A stretch of 64,000 nt of DNA from Octopus vulgaris (taxonomy: Eukaryota), in NCBI GenBank assembly GCA_951406725.2, contig OX597835.1, positions 18,662,001 through 18,726,000 of the forward strand, in the 5' to 3' direction. Under the pieces are notes generated by a model. That model ran no database searches, was not told where the DNA came from, and was given only the letters and a program-made list of their open reading frames with translations. The translations under genes were made by a program, and so were the position numbers. This document shows positions 12,941 to 25,237 of the stretch, piece after piece. Within the stretch, counting starts at the first letter, position 1. Each line of letters starts with the position of its first letter.

Positions 12941-13283
12941 AAAATAACTTCGGTTTGAAACGAAGCAAAATCTATAGAACATCTTATGAACCAATTCATA
13001 TTGTATGTTACATTAGTGATATAATTCTTCACATTCCAACTTGATAGTGTTTATTTAGCGATTCTATCTTGATCTTTACGGTACAAAGTGAACTTGTATG
13101 GATTTAGACATTGTACACCAAAATGACTTCCGTTTGAAATGGAGCAAAATGCATAGAAAATCTACGATAGATGAAGTCTTATGGAACAATTATATTGTAT
13201 GTTCCATATGAAATATATTCTTCACATTCCAACACGATAGCGTTTATTTAGCGTTTCCACCTTGATCTTTACGACACAAGGTA
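12941..13283. repeat. Diverged tandem duplication (~180-bp period)
   Basis: aa(t)acttc.gtttgaaa..gagcaaaa...ttcttcacattccaac..gatag.gtttatttagcg...ttgatctttacg occurs at ~12941 and ~13120. Confidence 0.85.
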
Positions 13284-13610
13284 CACGCGCTTTAGAGATC
13301 ATCATTTATGATTCAATAAGAATGTATATTAATTCACGAATTAAAATAATGGAAATGTTTTAAACAATCACATCTATTAGAACGAAAGCAGCATATTAGT
13401 ATTAATGGTAGTATGTTACGGTGCGTCAACGTTGGTTATCTTTTAGCATAATTTAATTCCTTCAAATTTATTGGGATTTCCATATTAGAGAAGAATGCAC
13501 AGATGCATACCTTTCAACATGAAAGCCGATCCCTTTTGAAATGTATAATATAAATAGGTTGTGTTGTGGGTATCCGTATATAGCCATATATAAATTTATC
13601 CATATGTATA

Positions 13611-13719
<109 letters not shown>

Positions 13720-13943
13720 AAATGTATATGTATGTGTGTGTGTGTGTGTGTTTGTGAATTATATACATGTTATATAAATCTTATGCTTCCCAGTTAGAGC
13801 GATGAAGAAAAAGAAGCAGCGAAATCCCAGTTTATATCAGTTAAGCAGTATTATAAAGTATCCTTAATTAAATCCAAACTCTCAAGACCCATCTATAAAT
13901 GAAGTTATTTCCATAACTTCTGAATAATTATTCTATCATTACC

Positions 13944-14210
<267 letters not shown>

Positions 14211-14289
14211 ATATATATAATTTATATACATGAACAGTTCATCCTTATCATATGAAATTTTTCTCATTATTTCAGTGGACAGAGTGTTA

Positions 14290-14700
14290 AAATGGCATGT
14301 ATAGCCAATGGCAGGCCTAAATATTTTATATGTTCACCTCCCATGGAGATAATTTGATCTACTACTTCAATCAAAGCCGCATTGTATATAACATCAATGA
14401 AACCAATATCTTGCTCAGGACTATTGAACTGAAGTTGGTGCTTTAAATCTTCAGCAAAATCATTTCTGAACATATTCCACAGTTGAACAGAATTACTTAC
14501 TTGGGAATTCTTCGAATATAGCTTCCCATTGCTGATCATTTGCAAGGTAACCTAGCTTGAAACACGTTTCTCGATATGTTCTGCAAATTTCACCATCAAT
14601 TTATTTCAAACTTTCCTATGAAGTTGGTCATCTTTTTACATGAAGACGAATTCTGAGATGAAAGTAATTGTTGTTCCAATCCTAATACCAGACTGAACTT
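14290..14700 (-). pseudogene. Helitron RepHel remnant (Rep-helicase linker region)
   Basis: Minus-strand translations IDGEICRTYRETCFKLGYLANDQQWEAIFEE and SNSVQLWNMFRNDFAED...IYNAALIEVVDQIISMGGEHIKYLGLP match the Helitron T(F/Y)REAC..LGLL.DD..W and LW..F...M.ED...YN.AL..IE...GG..L...GLP motifs. Frameshifted. Confidence 0.85.
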
Positions 14701-15052
14701 GAATTTTTGTAACAATTTTGCGTCTGTTCCGTTTATTGTTACTCCATGTGCAATAATAAAGAAAGACAGATAGAGAAAGGGTGAAAGGAAGAGAGACAGA
14801 GTGAAGGAAAGAGAGGGAAAATAGACAGAGAAGAACGAAAATCATAGAGAAATGGTGTCTGATTTTAGTTTCAAATTACAGGACTAGCAAAGAGACAGAG
14901 TGTCTTTCAAGTAGCATTGCAAAGAAATAGAAAGGAAGACAGGCAGAGAATATAGAGAGGGAGAGAGAAAAGAGGAGACATAGAAAGAAAATCAAAGAAA
15001 GATGGTGTCTAGTTTCACTTTGTGGGACAAACAGATCAACAGACAGAATCTC

Positions 15053-15145
<93 letters not shown>

Positions 15146-15148
<3 letters not shown>

Positions 15149-15537
15149 AGTGGATGTGTGGTAAGTAGCTTGCTAACCAACCACATGGTTCCGGGTTCAG
15201 TCCCACTGCGTGGCATCTTGGGCAACTGTCTTCTGCTATAGCCCCGGGCCAACCAATGCTGTGAGTGGATTTGTTAGACGGAAACTGAAAGAAGCCTGTC
15301 GTATATATGTATATGTATATATATGTATGTGTGTGTGTGTGTGTGTGTTTGTCCCCCTAGCATTGCGTGACAGCCGATGCTGGTGTGTTTACGTCCCCGT
15401 CAATTAGCGGTTCGGCAATAGAGACCGATAGAATAAGTACTGGGCTTACAAAGAATAAGTCCCGGGGTCGATTTGCTCGACTAAAGGCGGTGCTCCAGCA
15501 TGGCCGCAGTCAAATGACTGAAACAAGTAAAAGAGTA
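15146..15537 (+). mobile_element. SINE family A, full length
   Basis: Runs from the tRNA-like head to the ...GAAACAAGTAAAAGAG tail, inserted after a (TA)n tract. Confidence 0.93.
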
Positions 15538-16263
15538 TATATACATATAAACGCGTGTGCGTGTATATGTGTGTGTGCGTGTGTGTACATATATGCATTT
15601 CGCATTAAATCTCAATAGTTTTTCACCACTCAATTACTTTATGAATTACAGTTACTAAGATAGCTTGAACTTTCAATTTGTTGTATTGTCCATCGTTCAA
15701 TTGTTTTAAGACTACATGTAGTATCTATTTACATCTTTTTCCATCGCATTATTCAAATATTATAAGCTTTGCGTGACAAATAAATTATGTTTTGGATTGC
15801 ATTCCATAATGTATCAGATGAGAGCCATACAAATAAATATTGTGTTTCTAATAGATTTTAGTTTTGCTTTCATTCTACGCTAAGTGCTGTATCTACACAT
15901 CGTAATGTCTTGGATTTCCTTCCATACTTAAACTATATTTCGTTTAACGTGTAAAATGCGGACGTTGCAGCAGAATAAATATCTTACAGATCATTATCGC
16001 CATCATTATTGTCACTATCACACGATTCATCTCCACTCTCTTCTTAATCAGAAGTAATTAACGTATTTAATAACAACAACACCATTACTGTTATTACAAA
16101 TTTTATCAGAACTAATCGTTAAGAAAACTAAAAATTAAAAAACTAAAATTATTTTCCTAATAAATAACATCATTATCAACATCATTAAAGTTGTAAGCGT
16201 TCTGACATCAGCATCTTCATTTCTGCTAAACAGATGGTAATCATTAACCAGTTTCCACGTTAG

Positions 16264-16297
<34 letters not shown>

Positions 16298-16300
<3 letters not shown>

Positions 16301-16698
16301 TCTTTTACTCTTTTACTTGTTTCAGTCATTTGACTGCGGCCATGCTGGAGCACCGCCTTTAATCGAGCCACTCGACCCTGGGACTTATTCTTTTGTAAGC
16401 CCAGTACTTATTCTATCGGTTTCTTTTGCCGAACTGCTAAGTAACGGGGACATAAACACACCAGTATCGGTTGTCAAGCAATGCTAGGGGGACAAACACA
16501 GACACACAAACACACACATGCATATATATACACATATACAACGGGCTTCTTTCAGTTTCCGTCTACCAAATCCACTCACAAGGCTTTGGTTGGGCCGAGG
16601 CTGTAGTAGAAGACACTTGCCCAAGGTGTCACACAGTGGGACTGAACCCGGAACCATGTGGTTGGTAAGCAAGTAACTTACCACACAGCCACTCCTGC
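16298..16698 (-). mobile_element. SINE family A, full length
   Basis: Near reverse complement of 15146-15537. Confidence 0.93.
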
Positions 16699-16710
16699 AC
16701 ACATATACAC

Positions 16711-16777
<67 letters not shown>

Positions 16778-17049
16778 GCTTGTTTAACTCAGAGTAATTC
16801 CTAGTACACTTTCGTTTAGATTACATGGAAATGATGAGTTGTGGATGACACTGCGGATCACTAGTCGGAAGAAAACTCCCCCGTCTACCTTAGTTTTAAC
16901 TGATCAAATGAAGAATACATACCGAAAATATTCACATAAAGATAATATACACACATACACATGTGCATACACATTCATGTAAACTCTCTCCCTCCCTCCC
17001 TCTCTGATTCTTTATGTCTCTCTCTCTCTGTATATATACGTACATGAGA

Positions 17050-17098
<49 letters not shown>

Positions 17099-17203
17099 CG
17101 TGTGTTTTTATTGGCTAAACTTGCAAAATGACCATTCCGAAATACATTATATATATATATATATATCATATTTATATAAATACAAATATAATTTCATATT
17201 TAT

Positions 17204-17242
<39 letters not shown>

Positions 17243-17784
17243 TATATATATATATATATATATATACATTTTATGAAATATATGTATATACGCAGAGACA
17301 GTTAACAATATTATTATAATCTTATAATTATTTTTGGGCAAATTGTGATATAAGTACTTATGCATTTACGTATACACACGTATTATATATGTGTGTGTGT
17401 GTGTGTTTGTGTTTTATGTGTATGCACATGTGTGTGAAAGTGTGCGTGTGCACCTGTTTGAGCGTGTGTGTGTGTGTGTGTGTGTTAGAGTGATTATATA
17501 CAAAAACGCACGCACGTATATTGTTCGTAATATTCAATGAGGAAAAAATTGTGTTTGCTTTTGTAATATTCTGAATTTTAATAGGATTAAAGGTAGATAG
17601 AAGAGATTCTGAGTTCGATTTATATTCAAGACTAACGGGAGATGTTAATTCGTTCTAATCCTAGAAATATAAAATAATATATTTGAAAGTACAACGTATT
17701 TTCATCATGATGACAAATCTATTTCACTATTAAAGGTGCTTTTAATCCTCTCCTGGAACGAAATTTATTTAAAATAAATTTTTT

Positions 17785-18209
<425 letters not shown>

Positions 18210-18221
<12 letters not shown>

Positions 18222-18589
18222 GGCAGTTTGTCTGTGCGTGTTTCTGTGTGTCTGTTTGCTTGTACCCTCACCCTGACCACGGCTTTCAACCGATTCTGAT
18301 GAAACTTGACACACGCATAGCCCAATGTCATAATTCAAAACTAACGCAGCGAAAATTTTGAAAAGTTCCCCCAGTTCTGAAAAAAAAACCGATAAATTCG
18401 ACATGGGGTCGAGAATCAGAAACACAAACCGCAAACTGTCTAGAGGACGCAACTCCACCTTTTTTAACTAAAAAAAAAATTTACCATCATTTTTTTCCAT
18501 TTTTTTGCTATTTTTTGGCTATAACTCTCTAAAAATGCTTTATAGTTATTTCCCTTACAAACCTGAGCAACGCCGGGCGATACTGCTAG
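18210..18589 (+). mobile_element. Non-autonomous Helitron, 5' type 1
   Basis: Ends in the subterminal hairpin CCTGAGCAACGCCGGG, then CGATACTG-CTAG^T. Near-identical to the minus copies at 38968 and 40294. Confidence 0.85.
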
Positions 18590-19039
18590 TATATTATATA
18601 TATATATATATCGGTATCTCATGTACGTATATATATACAAAGAGAGAGACAGAGAGAAACAGACATGGAGTGAGAGAGTTGCATGCATGTGTATACACAT
18701 GTGTATGTGTCTGTGTGTCTATGTGTGTGTTATCTTTATGTGAATATTTTCGGTATGTATTCATCATTTCATCAGTTAAAACTCCCCATTTTTTCCCTTG
18801 TACTTAACGCCTGGTTTCATTTCCTTACGCTTCTCTCTATTTCCTCTTCTGTATTCTCCCCTCTCTCATATTCTATCACCTCCCGTTTTATTACAATTTC
18901 TTATATTTTAAAATTCTGTCACACTATAAAATCTCATAATGGTATGAGTGTTATGAAAATGGGGAATTTAGTGCACTTGCACTCACTACGATTATTATTC
19001 ACAATCCAGTTTAAAATATTTATTTATGGACATTCGTTT

Positions 19040-19182
19040 GGATATGTATGCAGGTAAAAGTCTGTGTGTGGAGAATTGAGATCACGTTGAGGAGGAAGGC
19101 GCGATCCAGAGAGGAGTGATCAGCGTGCTGTGATTAGCGGTGTCAAATGAACGCCCGACGGTCTGGTCGGCCAATGTGATAT
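19040..19182 (+). mobile_element. Probable LINE (RTE-like) 3' end
   Basis: Reads LRRKARSREE* then gtgattagcggtgt...gacggtctggtcggcca.tgtgata, similar to the tail of the SINE at 21323. Confidence 0.4.
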
Positions 19183-19211
19183 ATATAATAATATAAATAA
19201 TATACATATAT

Positions 19212-19596
19212 TGGAAGCACTACGTCGGTTACGACGATGAGGGTTCCGGTTGATCCGAATCAACGGAACAGCCTGCTCGTGAAATTAACGTGTAAGTGGC
19301 TGAGCACTCCACAGACACGTGTACCCTTAACGTAGTTCTCGGGGATATTCAGCGTGACACAGAGAGTGACAAGGCCGGCCCTTTGAAATACAGGTACAAC
19401 AGAAACAGGAAGTAAGAGTGAGAGAAAGTTGTGGTGAAAGAGTACAGCAGGGGTCACCACCATCCCCTGCCAGAGCCTCGTGGAGCTTTAGGTGTTTTCG
19501 CTCAATAAACACTCACAACGCCCGGTTTGGGAATCGAAACCGCGATCCTATGACCGCGAGTCCGCTGCCCTAACCACTGGGCCATTGCGCTTCCAC
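19212..19596 (-). mobile_element. tRNA-derived SINE family C with 14-bp TSD
   Basis: Minus head GTGGAAGCGCAATGGCCCAGTGGTTAGGG...GGTTTCGATTCCC. TSD TAATATACATATAT at 19198-19211 and 19597-19610. Confidence 0.92.
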
Positions 19597-19624
19597 TAAT
19601 ATACATATATATACATACAGCGAT

Positions 19625-19940
19625 TTTAGAAATAGCAGTCAAAAAGTCTTGGCTATTCCTCCTACTTTAAAGGGAGACCCCAGTAAAACCAAAGCACTGG
19701 TTTGTTCTTGAGTGCTTTGGTTTTACTGGGATCTCCCTTTAAAGTAGAAGAAATAGCCATGACTTTTTGACTGCTATTTCTAAATTCGGTGTGTGGTGAG
19801 GCAAATCGTTGCTGAACCCTAATTACTTAGTATTACATAAACTTACCTTGAATTGGTCTTTTACATGCCGAATTCTACTTGGTGAAATTACTGATTACTT
19901 CTTAATTAATTAATTTCACCCTTTGTTATTATTGATATAT
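19625..19940 (+). repeat. 160-bp palindrome (19625-19784) running into a structured (TA)n-abutting repeat terminus
   Basis: Arms 19625-19698 and 19711-19784 are reverse complements around a 12-nt loop. Followed by helices P1 and P2 (see findings). Confidence 0.8.
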
Positions 19941-20929
19941 ATACATACATTACATACCTACATATAAACAGAAAGGGGTCTGCAGATTTCCTGGAAAGCA
20001 GTAGTTGAGTACTTAATTAATTATTTAATTATTTAATTAACTACACATGCCTTTATATATAAATAATTTTACACTCACCTTACAATTAATTTTTCAATTA
20101 ATTGAAATTTTATGAAGAGAAGTAAATACTGTTTTTCTTTACGCCTTACTGTCCCAAAACATAAGACTCTGCACTGATATACTCCCCGACTTAATCTATG
20201 ATTGATTAAATTTTAAATTCCTTTCGATTTCTCTCTTTCTCTCTGTAGCACGCACGTGCACTCACACACACAAACACACACACAATCTCTCGCTCTAACA
20301 CACGCACGCACGCACACAGAAAACGCCCCTTTCTCTCTCCTTGTATATGTATCTATTTAAAATGTGTGTATATGGGAATATGGCTATAGAACTGTTATAG
20401 CTATATAATCAAAGACACATAAATCTTTATCCCCTAACCCAACTTATACCTCTTCCATCTGTGCTCGCATAGATCTCCCTCCCTGTATATCTTTCTATTG
20501 AACATGTACGAATATGGGGATATGCCGGTACAAAAATTATAGATAGATATATATACTCACAGACAGACCTTTCTTCCCTATCCCAACTAATACCGTTCAC
20601 ATCTGTGCACGCATAAATCAATACAACTTCTCTTTCTCTTCTTCTCTTTCTTCTCTCCCTATCTCACCTGATCTCAATTTTTTTCTAAATACATAATGAT
20701 ACACTTCCTCCCTGTGCACGCATCGATCAATACGACTTACAACAGTCTTTGTCCGCTCTCCTTTTCTCAATCTTTCTCTAAGTATATACAAAATAAAACG
20801 GCAGGTTAAGAATGTCTCGAAACTGGGCCTGAAGAATTGAAACACTTAATGAGAGTGTAGCAATTTTTCGATGGAGACAATCAAAATATTATCATAACGG
20901 CAGCTCTAAAGAGCAATAGCACAGATAGA

Positions 20930-21297
20930 GTGATAACAAAAAAGAATTCATCGTCTCCTATGCTCTCACCAGATCTCATATTGGCACACATAACACCATC
21001 CTTGCACAAAGACTCATAAAAGACGACAAAGATGTAGACCTTGATGTGAGTGACAAATGTTTCCCTGGCCCCACTGATCCACAAGCGTACTCACCTGAAA
21101 CAAAAACTGAAATTGAGAGGTCTGCCAAAGAAGAAGACAGAAGCCCTGTTTGCCCTCACACTACCAATATCAACATCCATAAGCGATGTGTAAAGGTACA
21201 AAAACATAAGGATAAAAGTGACAAAATAAGAAGATAAAAGTAAAAATAAAGATTAGATTCAGATATTAATACTACTCCTGTTACTATTAGCTAATTA
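20930..21297 (+). mobile_element. Possible I-group LINE 3' fragment
   Basis: YALTRSHIGTH...PVCPH...INIHKRC resembles the LTRLRIG.H...CP.C...HIL..C C-terminus. Its 3' UTR recurs inverted at 26440-26488. Confidence 0.35.
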
Positions 21298-21322
21298 TAT
21301 ATATATATATATGTATATATAT

Positions 21323-21577
21323 ATCGCGGTTTCGATTCCCAGACCGGGCGTTGTGAGTGTTTATTGAGCGAAAACACCTAAAAGCTCCACGAGGCTCCGG
21401 CAGGGTGGGGGTGGGGTGATCCCTGCTGTACTCTTTCACCACTCTTTCTCCCACTCTTTCTTCTGTTGGCCTGCTCGCTTACCCAGCGGGGTGGCGTCAT
21501 TCGAAGGCTAAAACAATGCGAACGCATTGTGACCAGCGATGTGTAACAGCATCTGATGGTCTGGTAGGTCACGTGAT

Positions 21578-21582
<5 letters not shown>
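21323..21582 (+). mobile_element. 5'-truncated SINE with family C head and a different 3' tail
   Basis: 21323-21445 matches family C. It then continues ...gtgaccagcgatgtgtaacagcatctgatggtctggtaggtcacgtga. Inserted in (TA)n. Confidence 0.8.
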
Positions 21583-21632
<50 letters not shown>

Positions 21633-22087
21633 AACACAAGAATTACGGGGGCCAAGCAATATTTATAATACAAGCAAGTCGTCAGGCCAAGAGTTATCTA
21701 GATTAAAGCTTTCATTGTCGCGTGGAGGTACATGTTAACAAATGGAAGATTTGATCAGTATGTTAAGAGAGCATGGAAACGTGCATGACGAGAATATACG
21801 CATGGATACATGCATGACGGGAGCATCGATACGTGCATGGCGTGAATATAAGATTTTTCGAAACAAAACTAGATCTACTTCTATGAAGAGTTCCGGATGA
21901 ACCTAACAAAGATGACTGCAAGAAACACAGTTGGGGGCGGCAACGTCAAACGCCCTCGTCCTCCAAATGTCATATATCAGAGTAGGCTTAGTTAGAGAGT
22001 TGCAAATTAAACGGTGGTGCCCCAATATATCGTTTCACGTTGCAACGTCCTAAACTGTAAGGCACGCACCTCCACATTTGTCGTATG

Positions 22088-22471
22088 GATGGAAGCACTC
22101 CGTCGGTTACGACGACGAGGGTTCCGGTTGATCCGATCAACGGAAGAGCCTGCTCGTGAAATTAACGTGCAAGTGACTGAGCACTCCACAGACACGTGTA
22201 CCCTTAACGTAGTTCTCGGGGATATTCAGCGTGACACAGAGAGTGACAAGGCCGGCCCTTTGAAATTCAGGTACAACAGAAAGAGGAAGTAAGAGTGAGA
22301 GAAAGTTGTGGTGAAATAGTACAGCAGGGATCACAACCATCCCTGCCGGAGCCTCGTAGAGCTTTAGGTGTTTTCGCTCAATAAACACTCACAACACCTG
22401 GTGTGGGAATCGAAACCGCGATCCTACGACCGCGAGTCCGCTGCCCTAACCACTGGGCCATGCGCCTCCAC
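22088..22471 (-). mobile_element. SINE family C with flanking direct repeat
   Basis: Near-identical to 19212-19596. CCTCCACATTTGTCGTATG occurs at 22069-22087 and 22465-22483. Confidence 0.92.
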
Positions 22472-22710
22472 ATTTGTCGTATGTACGAATATAGAATCCA
22501 TTCTACTAAAGGTGCTGATGCTAAAAATCAAGGAACTAAATGATACAGCTCACTGCAGTGTTGAACCGGTACGTATTTTGTTGGTCACGAATAGATAAAT
22601 ATCGAAGTGGAAAACGACGGGATTTGAACTCAAAATAGGGGGAATGCTGTGAAACAGTGTGCGTTTCCCTAACGATTCTGCCAGCTCACCCCTCTTTATG
22701 TATAAATATA

Positions 22711-22878
22711 CTTATTTCTTTACTACCCACAAGGGGCTAAACACAGAGAGGAGAAGCAAGGACAGACAAACGGATTAAGTCGATTATATCGACTCCAATG
22801 CGTAACTCGTACTTATTTAATCGACCCCGAAAAGATGAAAGGCAAAGTCGACCTCGGCGGAATTTGAACTCAGAACGT
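22711..22878 (-). mobile_element. SINE family B, 5'-truncated
   Basis: Matches 3108-3270 and 39568-39747. Confidence 0.85.
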
Positions 22879-23738
22879 ATAAATATACTGAGGTGTTCGC
22901 CATAACACATCCATTACCCAAATGTAAATCAGTTTAATGTTGACCTATAAGAAAGTAGGTATTGTGCCTCCATGGCATAAGCGACTAAATATCTTCGGCT
23001 ATGAATGAATTCGTCTGGAGGTCGATCTGGATCTCATTTGTTAAGAATCACTCATATTTGCTTTCCATGAATATATACAGAGAAATACGATTAGTGTAAT
23101 TGATATTATACATAAGGTAAAGTCATATTCTAAAAACATTGGTATATTTTCAGAAGGTAATTTGTTTTAAAAGAAAAACAGTTCATTACAAACATTTATC
23201 ATATATACGAATTCTAAATGTTGAGTAACATATTTTTGAAACTAATTTCAAATTTAACTACAAATTGATGTGTTTCAGGAAGCTATATATTTAACTCTAA
23301 TGATGCAAATTTAAATAAAAAATCATATCCATACAAATTACTCATCATCATCATCATCATCATCATCATTATCGTCGTCGTCGTCGTCGTCATCATCATT
23401 ATCATCATCATCATTTCTTAAATATGTATTAACTGCTATTTGCAATGTTGTAGATGTATATTATCATCATTAACTTTCTAACAAATATACATTAAACTCA
23501 TTATTTTCGTGATATTTATTTTCTCTTTCTATATTCAAACATACATGCATTCAAATGTGTATATATATATATATATATACACATTCTCCAGAAAAGACTC
23601 CGACCTATCACGCGAAGATATTGATATCACATTAGCAGCTCGCTGAACTATCATACTGTTCAATGGGCAAACCTGTGCCCGCAAGAACACACCACCCTTT
23701 TTCGATATCTCTATGGGGGTCTATGACTCCGCTCAAGT

Positions 23739-23849
23739 TACAGATGCCCAACCTCCTGTTCCTTAGATAGTAGCTGTACCACCTAAAACACCGTTTACAA
23801 GTGTACAAAATCTCATAAAACTCTCTCGCTCTCTCTGTGTCAGTGAGGT

Positions 23850-23883
<34 letters not shown>

Positions 23884-24153
23884 CTCGTGCATCACTAACT
23901 TCAAAGCTAGAGTTGGAAACCACTACTCTAGCTTGAAGTCACAATCAAATTCCCAAAGTACATCTTTATCTCAGCTTATCCACAAACTAAAGAAAAATTC
24001 ACCCACGCCAATCCATACAGCGACTATAATAACAAATGCAATCTCTGCATAGCTGAACACTTAGCTATTGTGCATTCCACAGATTGGCTTAATGAAAGTG
24101 AAAGCATAATTTTTACCTGTTAACATCGGTTGCGCAAACTATTCTCAGAATAA
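23739..24153 (+). pseudogene. Penelope-like element C-terminal GIY-YIG endonuclease remnant
   Basis: RCPTSCSLDSSCTT*NTVYKC ... IYIGSCITNFKARVGNHYSS...TSLSQLIHKLK ... PYSDYNNKCNLCIAEHLAI...LNESESIIFTC*H matches the PLE EN pattern C..C.(LDG)C...VYKC / YIG..F K.R..NH..S / C.LC..EK..I...LN...E....CRH. Confidence 0.85.
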
Positions 24154-24579
24154 AGTTAACATCTCACCCCGTGCATCATTCCCCCATCAGCCTTTAGAAA
24201 CATTCCCCTTTATTTACCCACACAACCACCATATATTAAGCCACCAATATTATCCCAATACATTCCCTTTAACTATTTACTCTCGTTTACATATTTCTTT
24301 ACGGTTAATACCCTTTTTGTTCTAGTATTTCACCTGTCTCCTCTCCACCTAGCCATTTGTAAACTTACAAGTACATACGCCGGCATATACCTCTGTTCAC
24401 ACAAACAACGTACATTCCTCTATTGATAGCTTTTAATAGTTACAATTATTCGCCATTCTCTCTTCAATTCCAATTCTAATCTACCTCATCCCTTCAAGCA
24501 TACATGACCACATATATTTCTCTACCTTCTTCCCTCGACATTATCTGCTTTTCGAATACCACTCACCTTGATGATATAA

Positions 24580-24695
24580 TATGAGTGTTTATTGTGGTAT
24601 TATAGCTGTTTTGACTGCTATTTCTAGATATATGAGGGCTTTATAACCTTCCCCGTTATCATTATGATTTATTCACAATTATACACTCTTCTTTG

Positions 24696-24698
<3 letters not shown>
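24580..24698 (+). mobile_element. PLE-type terminal repeat ending in (TA)n
   Basis: Lies ~430 bp downstream of the GIY-YIG remnant in the same orientation and ends TTGAAA(TA)n. Inverted copies begin at 25618 and 27276. Confidence 0.7.
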
Positions 24699-24767
<69 letters not shown>

Positions 24768-24769
<2 letters not shown>

Positions 24770-24833
24770 TTTATTTAAAGCAGCAGAATATTCAACAAAA
24801 CCTGTTACTCTGAGTTTCGCGTTGCCGTTCATC
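24768..24833 (-). repeat. Single arm of the 27051-27220 hammerhead palindrome family, truncated within the core
   Basis: The reverse complement reads GATGAACGGCAACGCGAAACTCAGAGTAACAGGTTTTG. Confidence 0.85.
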
Positions 24834-25176
24834 TAAGACACCACAAAAATAGCCCTATTGAAAAATACCGATGAAATGACCTTGCATAAATTCCTTACTT
24901 CTCCCACTTCCTTATGTTTTTATTCCTTTCATTTTTTTGTATCGTTTACTTTTATATTCCTGATTTCTCTCCACGTTTATATTCTCCCCTTTTAGGAGGC
25001 TCTCTAAGCATACTGATCGAATCTTACGTTTGTTAACATGCAGCTCCATGCGACAATGAAAGCTTTCATTTAATCAAGATAACTCTTGGCCTGATGAATT
25101 GCCTCTTGTATAAATCCCGTTTGCCCCCTTAACTCTTGTGTGTCTGTGTGTATATATACATATATATATGTATAAG

Positions 25177-25237
<61 letters not shown>

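Noticed and set aside
19260-19512. Recurrent ORFs MVV.PAVLFHHNFLS / MFIERKHLKL at three loci
   Set aside because: They recur only because they lie within SINE family C copies.
19520-19596. tRNA-like sequences at SINE heads (also ~15146, 33170-33238, 41081)
   Set aside because: They continue directly into SINE bodies, are multicopy with TSDs or tails, and lack a clean acceptor stem, so they are not tRNA genes.
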